From an uncultured Chloroflexia bacterium (GTDB taxonomy: Bacteria; Chloroflexota; Chloroflexia; Thermomicrobiales; UBA6265), in contig CAVRUC010000009.1 in assembly GCA_963724295.1 (NCBI GenBank), forward strand, positions 192,001 through 256,000: a stretch of 64,000 nt of DNA, written 5' to 3'. The notes below the pieces were generated by a model. It did not search any database, had not been told where the DNA came from, and saw only the letters and a list, made by a program, of their open reading frames with translations. Position 1 is the stretch's first letter. Every line of letters begins with the position of its first letter. Below are positions 33,624 to 43,215 of the stretch, piece after piece. Made by a program: the position numbers and the translations under genes.

Positions 33624-33872
33624 TCCGATGACCGCGCTGCCCGCGATGGAGCGGTCGCGGACGATGCCTGCCGCGGGGAACGGGGTCGATCAGTTGCTGA
33701 AGTCGGGGCGTCGAAACTATACGATCTGTCTCCCGCACGGGTCGAGAAGATGGAGCCCATCCTCCTCATCGTGAGGAGTTACGCCGCTTCGGAGTCCGTG
33801 GTTCCCGAAGTCGCGTTCAGGCGAAGACCACTCCCAGTTGCGGCAGCGGGCCCCACCAGGTGAGATCGCGGA

Positions 33873-34181
33873 TCAGTCGTAGAGGGCGTGGAACTCGTCG
33901 GCGTCGACGGAGTGGACGCGGCGACTGAGCGCGAGGATGATCGCCAGACCGACGGCTGCCTCGGCCGCGGCGACCGCGATCGTGAAGAGCACGAATCCCT
34001 CGCCGTACATGGTGCTCGTCTCGCGGGCAAACGCGACGAGACTCAGGTTGACCGCGTTCATCATCAACTCGACGCACATGAACATGATGATCAGGTTGCG
34101 CCGCACCAGGACGCCCATCAACCCGATGACGAAGAGGGCCGCGCTCAGGAAGAGGAAATGGTTGGTGGTCAATTCCGTCAT
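33873..34181 (-). CDS. nuoK: NADH-quinone oxidoreductase subunit K
   Basis: LF.IG..GVL.RRN.I...M.VELM.NAVNL, AVAAAEAAVGLA. Confidence 0.95.
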   Translation of the reverse strand: MTELTTNHFLFLSAALFVIGLMGVLVRRNLIIMFMCVELMMNAVNLSLVAFARETSTMYGEGFVLFTIAVAAAEAAVGLAIILALSRRVHSVDADEFHALYD

Positions 34182-34907
34182 CGCTGTCCCGCGTCTCCCG
34201 GCTCCCGGCTCCCGACGCTCGTGTAAAGATCGGGGTCTCGCACCAGGATGATCTCGCGCGTTGCCTCGAGCGCTCCGGTGGCCTGTTGATCGGACCGGGT
34301 GATCGACGCCGCGGTCGCTGGTCCCTCCGGCAGCGCGATGTCGGTTCCCCGCGGATGCCCGAGTGAGATCGTGCCGAGACGCTCGCCGAGCCGCTCTGGC
34401 AAGGCCAGGACGATGGCGCCCACGACCCCGATCAGGAGCACCAACGAGACCACCTCAAAGGGAAGCAGGGCCTGGGTGAAGAGGAAATTACCGAAGGCCT
34501 GAGTGCTGCCCCCCAGAAAGGCGATATTCTCCGGTGTCGCGTTGCCTGTCGTACCGACTTACGGCCCGGTTGGCGATCGCTGCCGCCACCTCCAGAAACA
34601 GGATGACACCCAGCAGTGGACCGACGATGCGTTGCACCGGGTGCCCGCCGCCACGCTCCGGAAGCTTCTCGGGATCGATGAGCAGGAGGAAGAAGAGCAT
34701 CAGTACCAACACGGCGCCGGCGTAGACGATGACCTGCGCGGCGGCCAGGAACTCCGCGCCGAGCATGACGAAGATGCCTGCCGTGTTGAACAGGGTCAGC
34801 ACCAGAAAGATGGCGGAATGGATGGGATTCCTGACCGCCACCATCCCGATCGCCGCCAGCACTGAGATGATGCTCAGCAGGTAAAAGAAGAGTGCGTTCC
34901 AGGCCAT
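34178..34907 (-). CDS. nuoJ: NADH-quinone oxidoreductase subunit J (frameshift ~34515-34560)
   Basis: RNPIHSA..L, LGAEFLAA.QVIVYAGAV.VL.LF, then LF...LLPFEVVS.VLL.GVVGAIVLA in another frame. Confidence 0.9.
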
Positions 34908-34932
34908 CCGCTGGCTCCTCCCGTTCTCGGCC

Positions 34933-35988
34933 TCAGAAGCTCAGCTGGCCGTTGCCGATGAGCCGGATCAGCGCGGTAATCAGGATGTTGATCAGCACCA
35001 GCGGCAGTAGCACTTTCCAGGCGATCCCCATCAACTGGTCGTAGCGGAAACGGGGCAGCGTGGCGCGTAGCCAGATGTAGAAGAAGAGAAACAGGACCAC
35101 CTTCAGCAGGAGCCAGAGGACGCCCGCACCCCAGAAGCGGTCCGCCCCCGGCCCGTCGACACCACCCAGAAACAACGTCGCCGCGAAAAGTGAGACGACG
35201 ATCATGTTGATGTATTCGCCGAGGTAGAAGAACGAGAAGCGGAATGCCGAGTACTCCGTGTGGAACCCGGAGACAAGCTCCGTCTCCGCCTCCGGCAGAT
35301 CAAACGGCGCCCGGTTCGTTTCGGCGACGGCGGCGAGGAAGAAGATCACGAAGGCGAGCGGCTGGGACAGGATGTACCAGTTCGGCAGTGTCAACGTCAG
35401 CCCGCCGACCACGAACACGAGGTCGCGCGTCTGCTGCTCCATGATGGTGCGGATGCTGAGCGAGGACGACAGGAGGAAAATGCCCACCAGCGACAGACCG
35501 AGCACGATCTCGTAGGAGACGACCTGGGCCGCGGAGCGGAGTCCACCGAGCAGCGAATAGCGGTTGGCCGAGGCGTATCCGCCAAGGATGATGCCGTAGA
35601 CGCCGAGCGACCCGAATGCGAGCAGAAAGAGTGCGCCGACGTTCAGGTCAGTCACCCAGAGGTTGACTGGATGTCCGAAGACCGTGATCGTGTCGCCAAA
35701 AGGGATCACCGCGACCCGCGTGATGGCCATCACGAAGACAACCAGCGGTGCGAAGTAGAAGACCACTTTGTCGGCATGGGCTGGAATGAGGTCTTCCTTG
35801 CCGAGCAGCTTGATGCCGTCAGCGAGAGGCTGCAAGAGCCCCTTCGGACCGGTGCGGTTGGGACCAACGCGGTCCTGCATGGCGGCGAGCACCTTGCGCT
35901 CGTACCACGTCATATACGCCATGCCGACGAGAAGGACGTTCATGAAGATGAACGCCACCAGAAACGTCAGCCAGATTGGCTGATCCAT
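34933..35988 (-). CDS. nuoH: NADH-quinone oxidoreductase subunit H
   Basis: ERK..A.MQDR.GPNR.GP.GLLQP.AD..KL..KED, AETNRAPFDLPEAE.ELV.G..TEYS, RATLPRFRYDQLM. Confidence 0.96.
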   Translation of the reverse strand: MDQPIWLTFLVAFIFMNVLLVGMAYMTWYERKVLAAMQDRVGPNRTGPKGLLQPLADGIKLLGKEDLIPAHADKVVFYFAPLVVFVMAITRVAVIPFGDTITVFGHPVNLWVTDLNVGALFLLAFGSLGVYGIILGGYASANRYSLLGGLRSAAQVVSYEIVLGLSLVGIFLLSSSLSIRTIMEQQTRDLVFVVGGLTLTLPNWYILSQPLAFVIFFLAAVAETNRAPFDLPEAETELVSGFHTEYSAFRFSFFYLGEYINMIVVSLFAATLFLGGVDGPGADRFWGAGVLWLLLKVVLFLFFYIWLRATLPRFRYDQLMGIAWKVLLPLVLINILITALIRLIGNGQLSF

Positions 35989-36111
35989 GCGAGCGCCTTG
36001 CTCCTGCCGACTACCCCGATCTCACATCAAAGCCGGCCGCGTAGGTGCGCCGGCACAATTGGCAATTCTGCCACGCCTGAGGCGCCCGCGTACACCGGCT
36101 CGATGGCGCCG

Positions 36112-37290
36112 TCAGCGTTCGATCTGCGCCGATCGCGTCGCGTTCGCGAGGACGGCCGTGAGCGCGGCGAGGAAGACGACAAACCCCATCATTGCCCGCA
36201 GCGATGTCAGTTCGGCCAGCCAGCCGAGGATCGGAGGCCCGGCCAGGAACCCGCCGTACCCGACCGTGGCCACGCTCGCCACCGCATGTCCGGCGGAAAC
36301 GGTCGGATGGTTACCGGCCGCGCTGAAGACGAGGGGGTAAACGATCGACAGCCCGAGCCCCACCGCGGCGAAGCCGATCAACATGGTCCCCGGCTGGTTG
36401 AGAAGGAGAGCGCCGCCAAGCCCGAGCGCCGCCAACGTGCCACCGGCGCGCACCAGGCGAGGTGCGCCGAAACGTTGTACGAGCGCGTCGCCCGAGAAGC
36501 GTCCGACGAGCATGGCCACCGAGAACGCGGCGAATCCCAGCGCGGCAAAGCCACTGCTCGTCCCGAGAACGTCTCGGAGATACAGACCGCCCCAGTCGGC
36601 GATCGCTCCCTCAGCAACCGACGCGCACAGGGCCAGAGCACCCAGGAGCCAGAGGGAACGCGGCGGCATGGCAAAGGTGGCTGCCGCGTCACTTTTCCGC
36701 GGATCTTTCGTGTCCGGGATCAGCCAACGGCGGATCCACGCCAGGCCAGCGACCCCAAATACGCTCGCTCCCAGAAAATGCCCCAGCGGCGGTACCCCGA
36801 GCTGCGCCACCCCCGCCCCGATCGCCGCCCCGGCGAACGCGCCCAGGCTGAAGCAGCCGTGCAACGAACTGATGATGCTGCGACCAACAAAGCGCTCGAC
36901 CTGGACGCCCTGGGCATTCATGGCGACGTCCATGCCGCCGTTGCCGAAGCCCACGACGAAGAGCGATACGAACAGCATCAGCAGCTGCGGGGCGACGCCG
37001 ACGAAGGGTAACGCCAGGATCATGACCAGTCCGAAGCACAGGACCGTGAACGCACTGGAGCGGGTGTCGATGAGTCGCCCGGCAATAGGAAACGCGAGAA
37101 GCGCGCCCGCGGCGAGAGCCATCAGCGCAATACCCACCTGGCCCGGACTGAGATCGAGTCGCTCCGTCAGGGTGGGAATGCGCGAGATCCAGGAGGCGAG
37201 TGTCACGCCGTTGACAAAGAAGACGGCGGCGATCGCAAACCATGCCTTGCGCTGCGTGGACTGTCTTTTCAATTCCACCGGCATAGTCAC
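36112..37290 (-). CDS. MFS transporter
   Basis: ASW.SRIP, G..DVAMN.Q...VE......I.SSLHG.FSLG, EGA..DW, GR..GD. Confidence 0.88.
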   Translation of the reverse strand: MTMPVELKRQSTQRKAWFAIAAVFFVNGVTLASWISRIPTLTERLDLSPGQVGIALMALAAGALLAFPIAGRLIDTRSSAFTVLCFGLVMILALPFVGVAPQLLMLFVSLFVVGFGNGGMDVAMNAQGVQVERFVGRSIISSLHGCFSLGAFAGAAIGAGVAQLGVPPLGHFLGASVFGVAGLAWIRRWLIPDTKDPRKSDAAATFAMPPRSLWLLGALALCASVAEGAIADWGGLYLRDVLGTSSGFAALGFAAFSVAMLVGRFSGDALVQRFGAPRLVRAGGTLAALGLGGALLLNQPGTMLIGFAAVGLGLSIVYPLVFSAAGNHPTVSAGHAVASVATVGYGGFLAGPPILGWLAELTSLRAMMGFVVFLAALTAVLANATRSAQIER

Positions 37291-37441
37291 ATGTGATTTC
37301 CTGCAAGAATGAATGGTCTACCCACTCTCGCACAGACCGGGAAATGCAGGTGCGAGGCCAGCCGGTACGGAGTGTGCTTCATGGCGGCAGAGGGAACGAA
37401 TGCGTCGGGTCGAAACGACAGGGATGATGGGGTGGCGGCCA

Positions 37442-38542
37442 GTGGAGCAGGTCAACGTCGGAGTTATCGGGCTCGGTGAGGTCGCGCAGATCATCCATCT
37501 CCCCATCCTGCAAGCCCTCAGCGATCGGTTTCGCATCCAGGCCGTCTGTGATATCTCTCCCGGGTTGCTGCGAGCGGTCGGTGACCGGTATGGAATAGCG
37601 GATGCCGATCGCCACGACGATCCCTTCGCCCTGGTGCGGCGGCCCGATCTCGACGCCGTCTTCGTCCTCAACAGCGACGAATACCACGCCGACTGCGTCA
37701 TCGCGTCGGCGCAAAGCGGCAAGCACGTCCTGGTCGAGAAGCCGATGTGCCTGACCTTCGCCGAGGCGGAGTCGATCATCAGGGCCCGGGACGAGACCGG
37801 CGTGCACGTCATGGTCGGCTACATGCGTCGCTTCGCACCCGCCTTCGTGCAGGCCGTCGCCGAGGTTCGCGCGCTGGGCAAGATCAACTATGCCCGCATC
37901 CGGGACATCATCGGCCGCAATCGGCTCATCATCGATCAGTCCAGCGTCGTCCTCCGCTTCGACGACATTCCCGAGGAGGCCAAGCTGGACCGCGCGGCGC
38001 GGGCGGAACGGCTGGTGCGCGAGGCGATCGGGGAGGCGCCCCCGGACATCGTCGGCGCCTACCGCTTCCTGCTCGGGCTGAACAGTCACGACATCTCGGC
38101 CATGCGGGAGTTGCTCGGGATGCCGCAAGGCGTCGTCTGCGCCCGCCACTGGAACGCCGGAAAATTCCTGACCGTGGTCTTCGCCTACGACGGCTACTAT
38201 GCCGTCCTGGAGTCGGGCGTCGACGAGCAGCTCCGCTTCGACGCCCATATCGAGGTCTATGGGCTCTCGAAATCGGTCAAGGTCCAGTACGACTCCCCCT
38301 ATATCCGGCACCTGCCGACGACCCTGGTGATCGACGAGACGGTCGGTGATGCGTACCAGCAACGGGTGGAGCGCCCGACCTTCAAGGATCCCTACACGCA
38401 CGAGATCGAATACTTCCACCAGGTCGTCACCGCGGGCGTGGCGCCGAAGACCACCCCCGAGGACTTCATGGACGACCTGCGCCTGATGCGCCAGATCGTC
38501 GACGCCTTGCGCGCTGAGCCTACCGCCGGAAATCCAGGGTGA
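37442..38542 (+). CDS. Gfo/Idh/MocA family oxidoreductase
   Basis: VGVIGLG..A, DLDAV, H.......GKHVLVEKPM, VGYMRRF, HD. Confidence 0.9.
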   Translation: MEQVNVGVIGLGEVAQIIHLPILQALSDRFRIQAVCDISPGLLRAVGDRYGIADADRHDDPFALVRRPDLDAVFVLNSDEYHADCVIASAQSGKHVLVEKPMCLTFAEAESIIRARDETGVHVMVGYMRRFAPAFVQAVAEVRALGKINYARIRDIIGRNRLIIDQSSVVLRFDDIPEEAKLDRAARAERLVREAIGEAPPDIVGAYRFLLGLNSHDISAMRELLGMPQGVVCARHWNAGKFLTVVFAYDGYYAVLESGVDEQLRFDAHIEVYGLSKSVKVQYDSPYIRHLPTTLVIDETVGDAYQQRVERPTFKDPYTHEIEYFHQVVTAGVAPKTTPEDFMDDLRLMRQIVDALRAEPTAGNPG

Positions 38543-38549
38543 GGATCGC

Positions 38550-39539
38550 ATGACCTCCCCGATACCGATCGTCATCGACACCGACGTCGGCGCAGACCCC
38601 GACGATGCCCTGGCGCTGGTGCTGGCATTGGCCTCGCCCGAGATCGACGTGCGCGGCGTGACGATCGTCAGCGGCGATGTCGCGTGGCGCGCCCGGATCG
38701 CCACCCGGCTGCTCGGGATGGCCGGCCGGTCAGACGTCCCCGTATTCCTGGGGTGCGGCGATCCACCTCAGATGTCAGGCGCCGAAGGCGAGGGAGTGCT
38801 CGACCTTCCGTACGATGGCCCCGAGGCGACAGTCGAGACCACCCCGGCTGTCGACTGGCTCCTCGCTGAGTCCCGCCGCCGGTCCTTTCATCTCGTCGCC
38901 ATCGGACCACTGACGAACGTCGCCGCCGCGATCGAGCAAGATCCTGGGTTCGCGGAACGCCTGCTCGGCTTGACGGTGATGGGGGGTTTGCTCGACGAGC
39001 GATCGATGCCCATCGCCTGGCAGCGCGCCATTCAGCAGAGGGGACCCGCCGCCTGGCCTGACTACAACACGATGTGTGACCCGGCCGCCGCCCTGACCGT
39101 CGCTCGTTGCGGCATTCCGATCACCTGGGTCACGCTCGATGTCACCATGCGTGCGCCGCTGCGCGCGGCTGCGCGCGGGATGCTGCCTGCGGAACATCCG
39201 CTCAGCGCCGCCCTGGGCCGGATGATCGACGCCTGGCACGCGGTCTGGTTTCCGGCCGCGCTGCCTCCACCCGACGATCCAAGCCCGGTTCCCGCTGATG
39301 CCGTAGCCATCCTGCACGACCCGCTGGCGGTGGCGGCTCTCTTTCCGGGCGAGTGGCTGCACCTGCGGCCGGCCCAGCTCGCCTCTGCCATCGAGGACGG
39401 CGTCTTTCGCCTGCACGAGCAGCCCGGCGGCGCGCCAGGATGGCTGGCGGACGAGGTGGACGGTCCTCAATTCGAGGCGTTTCTTGTGGCACGCATCATG
39501 CGGCTTATGGCGCGATTGTCGGTGCCTGAGGCACCGTAA
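38550..39539 (+). CDS. nucleoside hydrolase family protein
   Basis: IDTD.G.DPDDALAL, AIGPLTNVA, MGG, YN..CDP.AA, LDVT, LHDPLA. Confidence 0.88.
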   Translation: MTSPIPIVIDTDVGADPDDALALVLALASPEIDVRGVTIVSGDVAWRARIATRLLGMAGRSDVPVFLGCGDPPQMSGAEGEGVLDLPYDGPEATVETTPAVDWLLAESRRRSFHLVAIGPLTNVAAAIEQDPGFAERLLGLTVMGGLLDERSMPIAWQRAIQQRGPAAWPDYNTMCDPAAALTVARCGIPITWVTLDVTMRAPLRAAARGMLPAEHPLSAALGRMIDAWHAVWFPAALPPPDDPSPVPADAVAILHDPLAVAALFPGEWLHLRPAQLASAIEDGVFRLHEQPGGAPGWLADEVDGPQFEAFLVARIMRLMARLSVPEAP

Positions 39540-39656
39540 ATCGAGTCCGGAGTCCTGCATCGGCCGTGGCGCGAGGGCAGAGGTGGGGCTTCAGGCAGAC
39601 GCCTCGGGTGACCCCGAGAGCTCATCTCGCGCCGGCAAGTTGTGGAGACCGATCTC

Positions 39657-39711
39657 TTGACAGCGTCCTCGACGCGGTCATAGAGTCTGCCGTCCCTGCA
39701 AACGTTTGCAG
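39657..39711 (+). promoter_or_regulatory. promoter with LacI-family operator
   Basis: TTGACA-N18-TAGAGT (39657-39686) followed by the perfect 16-bp palindrome CTGCAAACGTTTGCAG (39696-39711). Confidence 0.75.
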
Positions 39712-39780
39712 AGCAGCGTCGGGCGGATGGGATCGGGTGCGGGCCGGACCGCGATCCGGCTGATCGACAAGGAGGTCGTG

Positions 39781-41166
39781 GTGGCAAGTCTGAAGTTCCG
39801 GCGCTGGCAGTTGCAGTTGCAGAGACTCGTAGCGCTCGTGGCCGTCCTGGCGCTGCTCTTTCCCGTCGTCGGCCTTGCCCAGGAGGAAGAGGCGCCAGAG
39901 GTCACGCCCCAACCAACCATTCCCCCCGCCGAGGGCGCTGTTCAGCTTCAGTACTGGGATATGCAGTGGGGCGAGGCCAGCTTCATGTCCGCCCTCCAGG
40001 ACAACGTCACCGAGTTCAACCGCACGCACCCTGACATCCATGTCACCTTCACCCAGCTCAGCTGGGCCGACTACATGCAGAAGATTCTGTCCGCGATCCA
40101 GGCCGGTAACCCACCCGACATCAGCGGTGGTGACTCCGGCATCGCCTTCAACATGGCGGCACAGGGTCAGGCGCTCGATATCTCCGATCTCTATGCGGAG
40201 TGGGAAGCCGACGGCACGCTGGAGGACATGACCGACTGGGCGCATGAGAAATGGGACTGGAACGGGATGCGCCCCGGCGTCACCTGGCAGTTCGACAGCC
40301 GGGTCATCTTCTACCGCAAAGATCTCTTCGAGCAGGCTGGTATTGAACCCCCCACCACCTGGGAAGAGTGGATGGCCGCGGCGCAGGCACTGCACAACCC
40401 GGATGCGGGGATCGCCGGCATGGCTCTGCCCGCCAAGCAGGGCAGCTACGACACCGACCAGTTCTGGATGACCCTCGTCCTGCAAGCGGGTGGCGGCATC
40501 GCCGACGAAGAGGGCAATCTAACCATCAACAGTCCAGAGAACCTTCAGGCTCTCCAATTCGAGAAGGCGCTGGTCGATTGTTGCACCGCGCGCGGCACCC
40601 CCTCCTGGTCGTTTGCCGAGGTGCAGCGCGCCTACGAGCAGGGTCAGGCGGCAATGTCCTTCGGCCACGGTGGCATGATCCAGGAGCTGCAGAACAACGC
40701 GCCGGAGATCTTCGAGAACACCGGCGTCCTGCCGCCGTTGATCGGTCCGGGTGGTCCGGAGGCGGCGCACATCGTCTCCTTTGCCAACCCGTGGATGATC
40801 TATAGCCAGACCGAGCATCCGGAAGAGGCAAAGATCTTCCTGCGTTGGATGATGGAGCCCGAGAACCTCGCCAAGCTCTATGAGGCTCAGCCAGGCAACA
40901 AGTGGCCCGTCTACCGGTCTTTGGCCGAGTCGCCGGTCTATCAGGAAAACGAGCTGCTGGCCGAACTAGCGCGGCAGACGGTCGAGAGCGGCGTCGACTA
41001 CTGGTATCCGAACAATGCGGCCGCCGTGGGCATCGGCTCGATGGGCACCAGTCTCACCGACCTGATCGTCAACCCCGTCGTCAGCGGAAACCGTTCGCCG
41101 GAGGACGCGCTCGCGGATGCCCAGGCGCAACTCGAGCCGCTCTTCCAACAGGCGCCGGGAAGCTAG
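39781..41166 (+). CDS. carbohydrate ABC transporter substrate-binding protein
   Basis: Signal peptide; AGNPPDI, FYRKDLFE.AGI.PPTTWEE. Confidence 0.88.
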   Translation: MASLKFRRWQLQLQRLVALVAVLALLFPVVGLAQEEEAPEVTPQPTIPPAEGAVQLQYWDMQWGEASFMSALQDNVTEFNRTHPDIHVTFTQLSWADYMQKILSAIQAGNPPDISGGDSGIAFNMAAQGQALDISDLYAEWEADGTLEDMTDWAHEKWDWNGMRPGVTWQFDSRVIFYRKDLFEQAGIEPPTTWEEWMAAAQALHNPDAGIAGMALPAKQGSYDTDQFWMTLVLQAGGGIADEEGNLTINSPENLQALQFEKALVDCCTARGTPSWSFAEVQRAYEQGQAAMSFGHGGMIQELQNNAPEIFENTGVLPPLIGPGGPEAAHIVSFANPWMIYSQTEHPEEAKIFLRWMMEPENLAKLYEAQPGNKWPVYRSLAESPVYQENELLAELARQTVESGVDYWYPNNAAAVGIGSMGTSLTDLIVNPVVSGNRSPEDALADAQAQLEPLFQQAPGS

Positions 41167-41174
41167 GTACGAGG

Positions 41175-41255
41175 GTCGCCGGGTCACAGGGTGGCGGGGC
41201 GAACGTGCCAGCCACCCCGCCACCCCGCCACCACGAGCGAAGCGAGTAGCCACCG
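41175..41255. repeat. octamer-built palindromic element (copy)
   Basis: GGGTGGCGGGGCGAACGTGCCAGCCACCCCGCCACCCC followed by core GCCACCACGAGCGAAGCGAGTA (41227-41248). Confidence 0.75.
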
Positions 41256-41279
41256 TATCACTCTACGCGGAGACGACCG

Positions 41280-42233
41280 ATGCAGCACGCCACGACGCTC
41301 ACCCGGCCGCAGCCCGCGACCAGTTCCGGCTGGAACAGACTGCGCGAACACGTTGGGCGACATGCTCTCCCGTATCTTCTGATCCTGCCCTCGCTGATCT
41401 TTCTGGCGGCGATCGAGTTCTATCCGCTCGGGGTTGGCCTCTCCGAGGCACTGCAGTACCACAACCGCGTGCAGCCCTGGGCGACCCGCTTTGTCGGCCT
41501 CGACAACTTCGTCCAGGCCTTTCGGAACCACGATGTGCAACAGGCGCTGCGAACGTCACTCGTGATGGTCGTCGGCATCGTGGGACTGAGCTATCTCCTG
41601 GGGCTGGTCGCCGGTATCCTCCTCAACCAGAAGATCCGCGGGCGCGGCATCTACCGGGCATTGCTGCTGGTGCCGTGGATCGCTCCCCCGATCGTCGCCT
41701 ACATCAGCTGGCAATGGATGCTCAACGATCAGCTGGGAACGATCAATCGGTACCTCATCCGGCTTGGACTCGTCGATCCGTTCGACCCGATCATCTGGCT
41801 CGCCGATCCGGTGCTGGCGATGCTTTCCGTCATCGTCGTCGGCACCTGGTTTCGCTTCCCGTTCATGATGATCACCGTCCTTGCCGCGCTCGCCGCGATC
41901 CCTGACGAGTTACATGAGGCGGCGTCGCTTGACGGCGCAAACATGTTGCAACGCTTCCGTGACGTCACGTTGCCGCTGATCATGCCAGTCAGCATCATCG
42001 CCATCCTGTTGCAGGCGATCTGGACGTTCAACGACTTTGCGCTCACCTTTGTCCTGACAGGAGGCGGGCCGGCCAACGCCACCACCCCGCTGATCCTGAT
42101 GGCCTATCGCGAGGCCTTCCAGCGATTCAATATCGGCTATGGAACGTCGCTGGCGGTCATCTCGATGGTGCTGATGTTGGCGATCGGTACGGTCTATCTG
42201 CGGTTGCAAGCGCGGCAAGACGCGGCTGCCTAA
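41280..42233 (+). CDS. carbohydrate ABC permease
   Basis: FVGLDNF, LLVPW, AAIPDELHEAASLDGA, TGGGP. Confidence 0.9.
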   Translation: MQHATTLTRPQPATSSGWNRLREHVGRHALPYLLILPSLIFLAAIEFYPLGVGLSEALQYHNRVQPWATRFVGLDNFVQAFRNHDVQQALRTSLVMVVGIVGLSYLLGLVAGILLNQKIRGRGIYRALLLVPWIAPPIVAYISWQWMLNDQLGTINRYLIRLGLVDPFDPIIWLADPVLAMLSVIVVGTWFRFPFMMITVLAALAAIPDELHEAASLDGANMLQRFRDVTLPLIMPVSIIAILLQAIWTFNDFALTFVLTGGGPANATTPLILMAYREAFQRFNIGYGTSLAVISMVLMLAIGTVYLRLQARQDAAA

Positions 42234-42247
42234 AAGGAGGGTCGGCG

Positions 42248-43153
42248 ATGGAGAACGTGCCAGCGGCAGAGGCCGCCCTCGTCTCGGTGGCGGACCGGCC
42301 CTACTTCGTGCCCCGCCGGCGTCGCCGCTTCGGCCAGATGGCCGGCTCGGTCGCGTCGCATGGCATCTTGCTCGTCCTCGTCCTTTTTGCCCTGGCGCCG
42401 ATACTCGAGGCGCTGAGCACGTCGTTCAAGACGAAACGAGAGATCAATACTGGCCGCACGCTGATTCCCCAGAATCCGACGACGAGCCAGTTCGAGTACG
42501 TGCTGGGCCAGACCGACTTCGCCAATTGGATGCGCAACTCATTGCAAATCGCCGTCGCCACGACTCTTTTCGCGCTCGTTATCGGGAGCCTCGGCGGCTA
42601 CGCCATGTCGCGTTGGCGCTTCCGTGGTCGGACGCTCTACGGCAACACGCTCCTCATGGTGCAGATGTTCCCGGGGGTCATGCTCGGCATCCCGCTCTTC
42701 CTGGTGCTCGACAACTACGGTCTGATCGACACCATGTGGGCGCTGCTGGTGACCTATCTCACCTTCGCCCTGGCCTTCTCGGTCTGGATGCTGAAGGGTT
42801 ACTTCGACGGGATTCCCAGAGAGATCGAGGAGGCGGCGCTGATCGACGGCGCGAACCGCATGCAGGTGCTCTGGCATATCGTCCTGCGGCTCTCCGTACC
42901 GGGCATCGTCACCGTGTCCGTCTTCACGTTTCTCCTCGCCTGGAACGAATTCTTCTTCGCCTACCTCTTCCTCGTTTCGCCCCACAAGATGACGCTCACC
43001 CTCGGGCTGTTCACCTTTATCCGCCAGTACACGACCGACTGGGGCTACATCATGGCCGCCGGCATCCTCACCTGCCTACCGGCGCTCGTCTTCTTCTTCC
43101 TGCTGCAACGGGCGCTGACCCGGGGCTTGATCGCGGGGGCGATGAAGGGGTAG
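42248..43153 (+). CDS. carbohydrate ABC permease
   Basis: QMFP, YFDGIPREIEEAALIDGA, AWNEFF, GAMKG. Confidence 0.9.
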   Translation: MENVPAAEAALVSVADRPYFVPRRRRRFGQMAGSVASHGILLVLVLFALAPILEALSTSFKTKREINTGRTLIPQNPTTSQFEYVLGQTDFANWMRNSLQIAVATTLFALVIGSLGGYAMSRWRFRGRTLYGNTLLMVQMFPGVMLGIPLFLVLDNYGLIDTMWALLVTYLTFALAFSVWMLKGYFDGIPREIEEAALIDGANRMQVLWHIVLRLSVPGIVTVSVFTFLLAWNEFFFAYLFLVSPHKMTLTLGLFTFIRQYTTDWGYIMAAGILTCLPALVFFFLLQRALTRGLIAGAMKG

Positions 43154-43215
43154 CGGGCGAGGGTGTTGGGTGATTGGTTGATGGGGTGATAAGAGATAGG
43201 CGTCGAGGTAGCAGG

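Noticed and set aside
35260..37011. 583-aa plus-strand ORF (similarly 61765..63180, 16103..17368, 37379..38704, 51421..52737)
   Set aside because: Antisense to well-supported genes; long stop-free shadow frames are expected at high GC.
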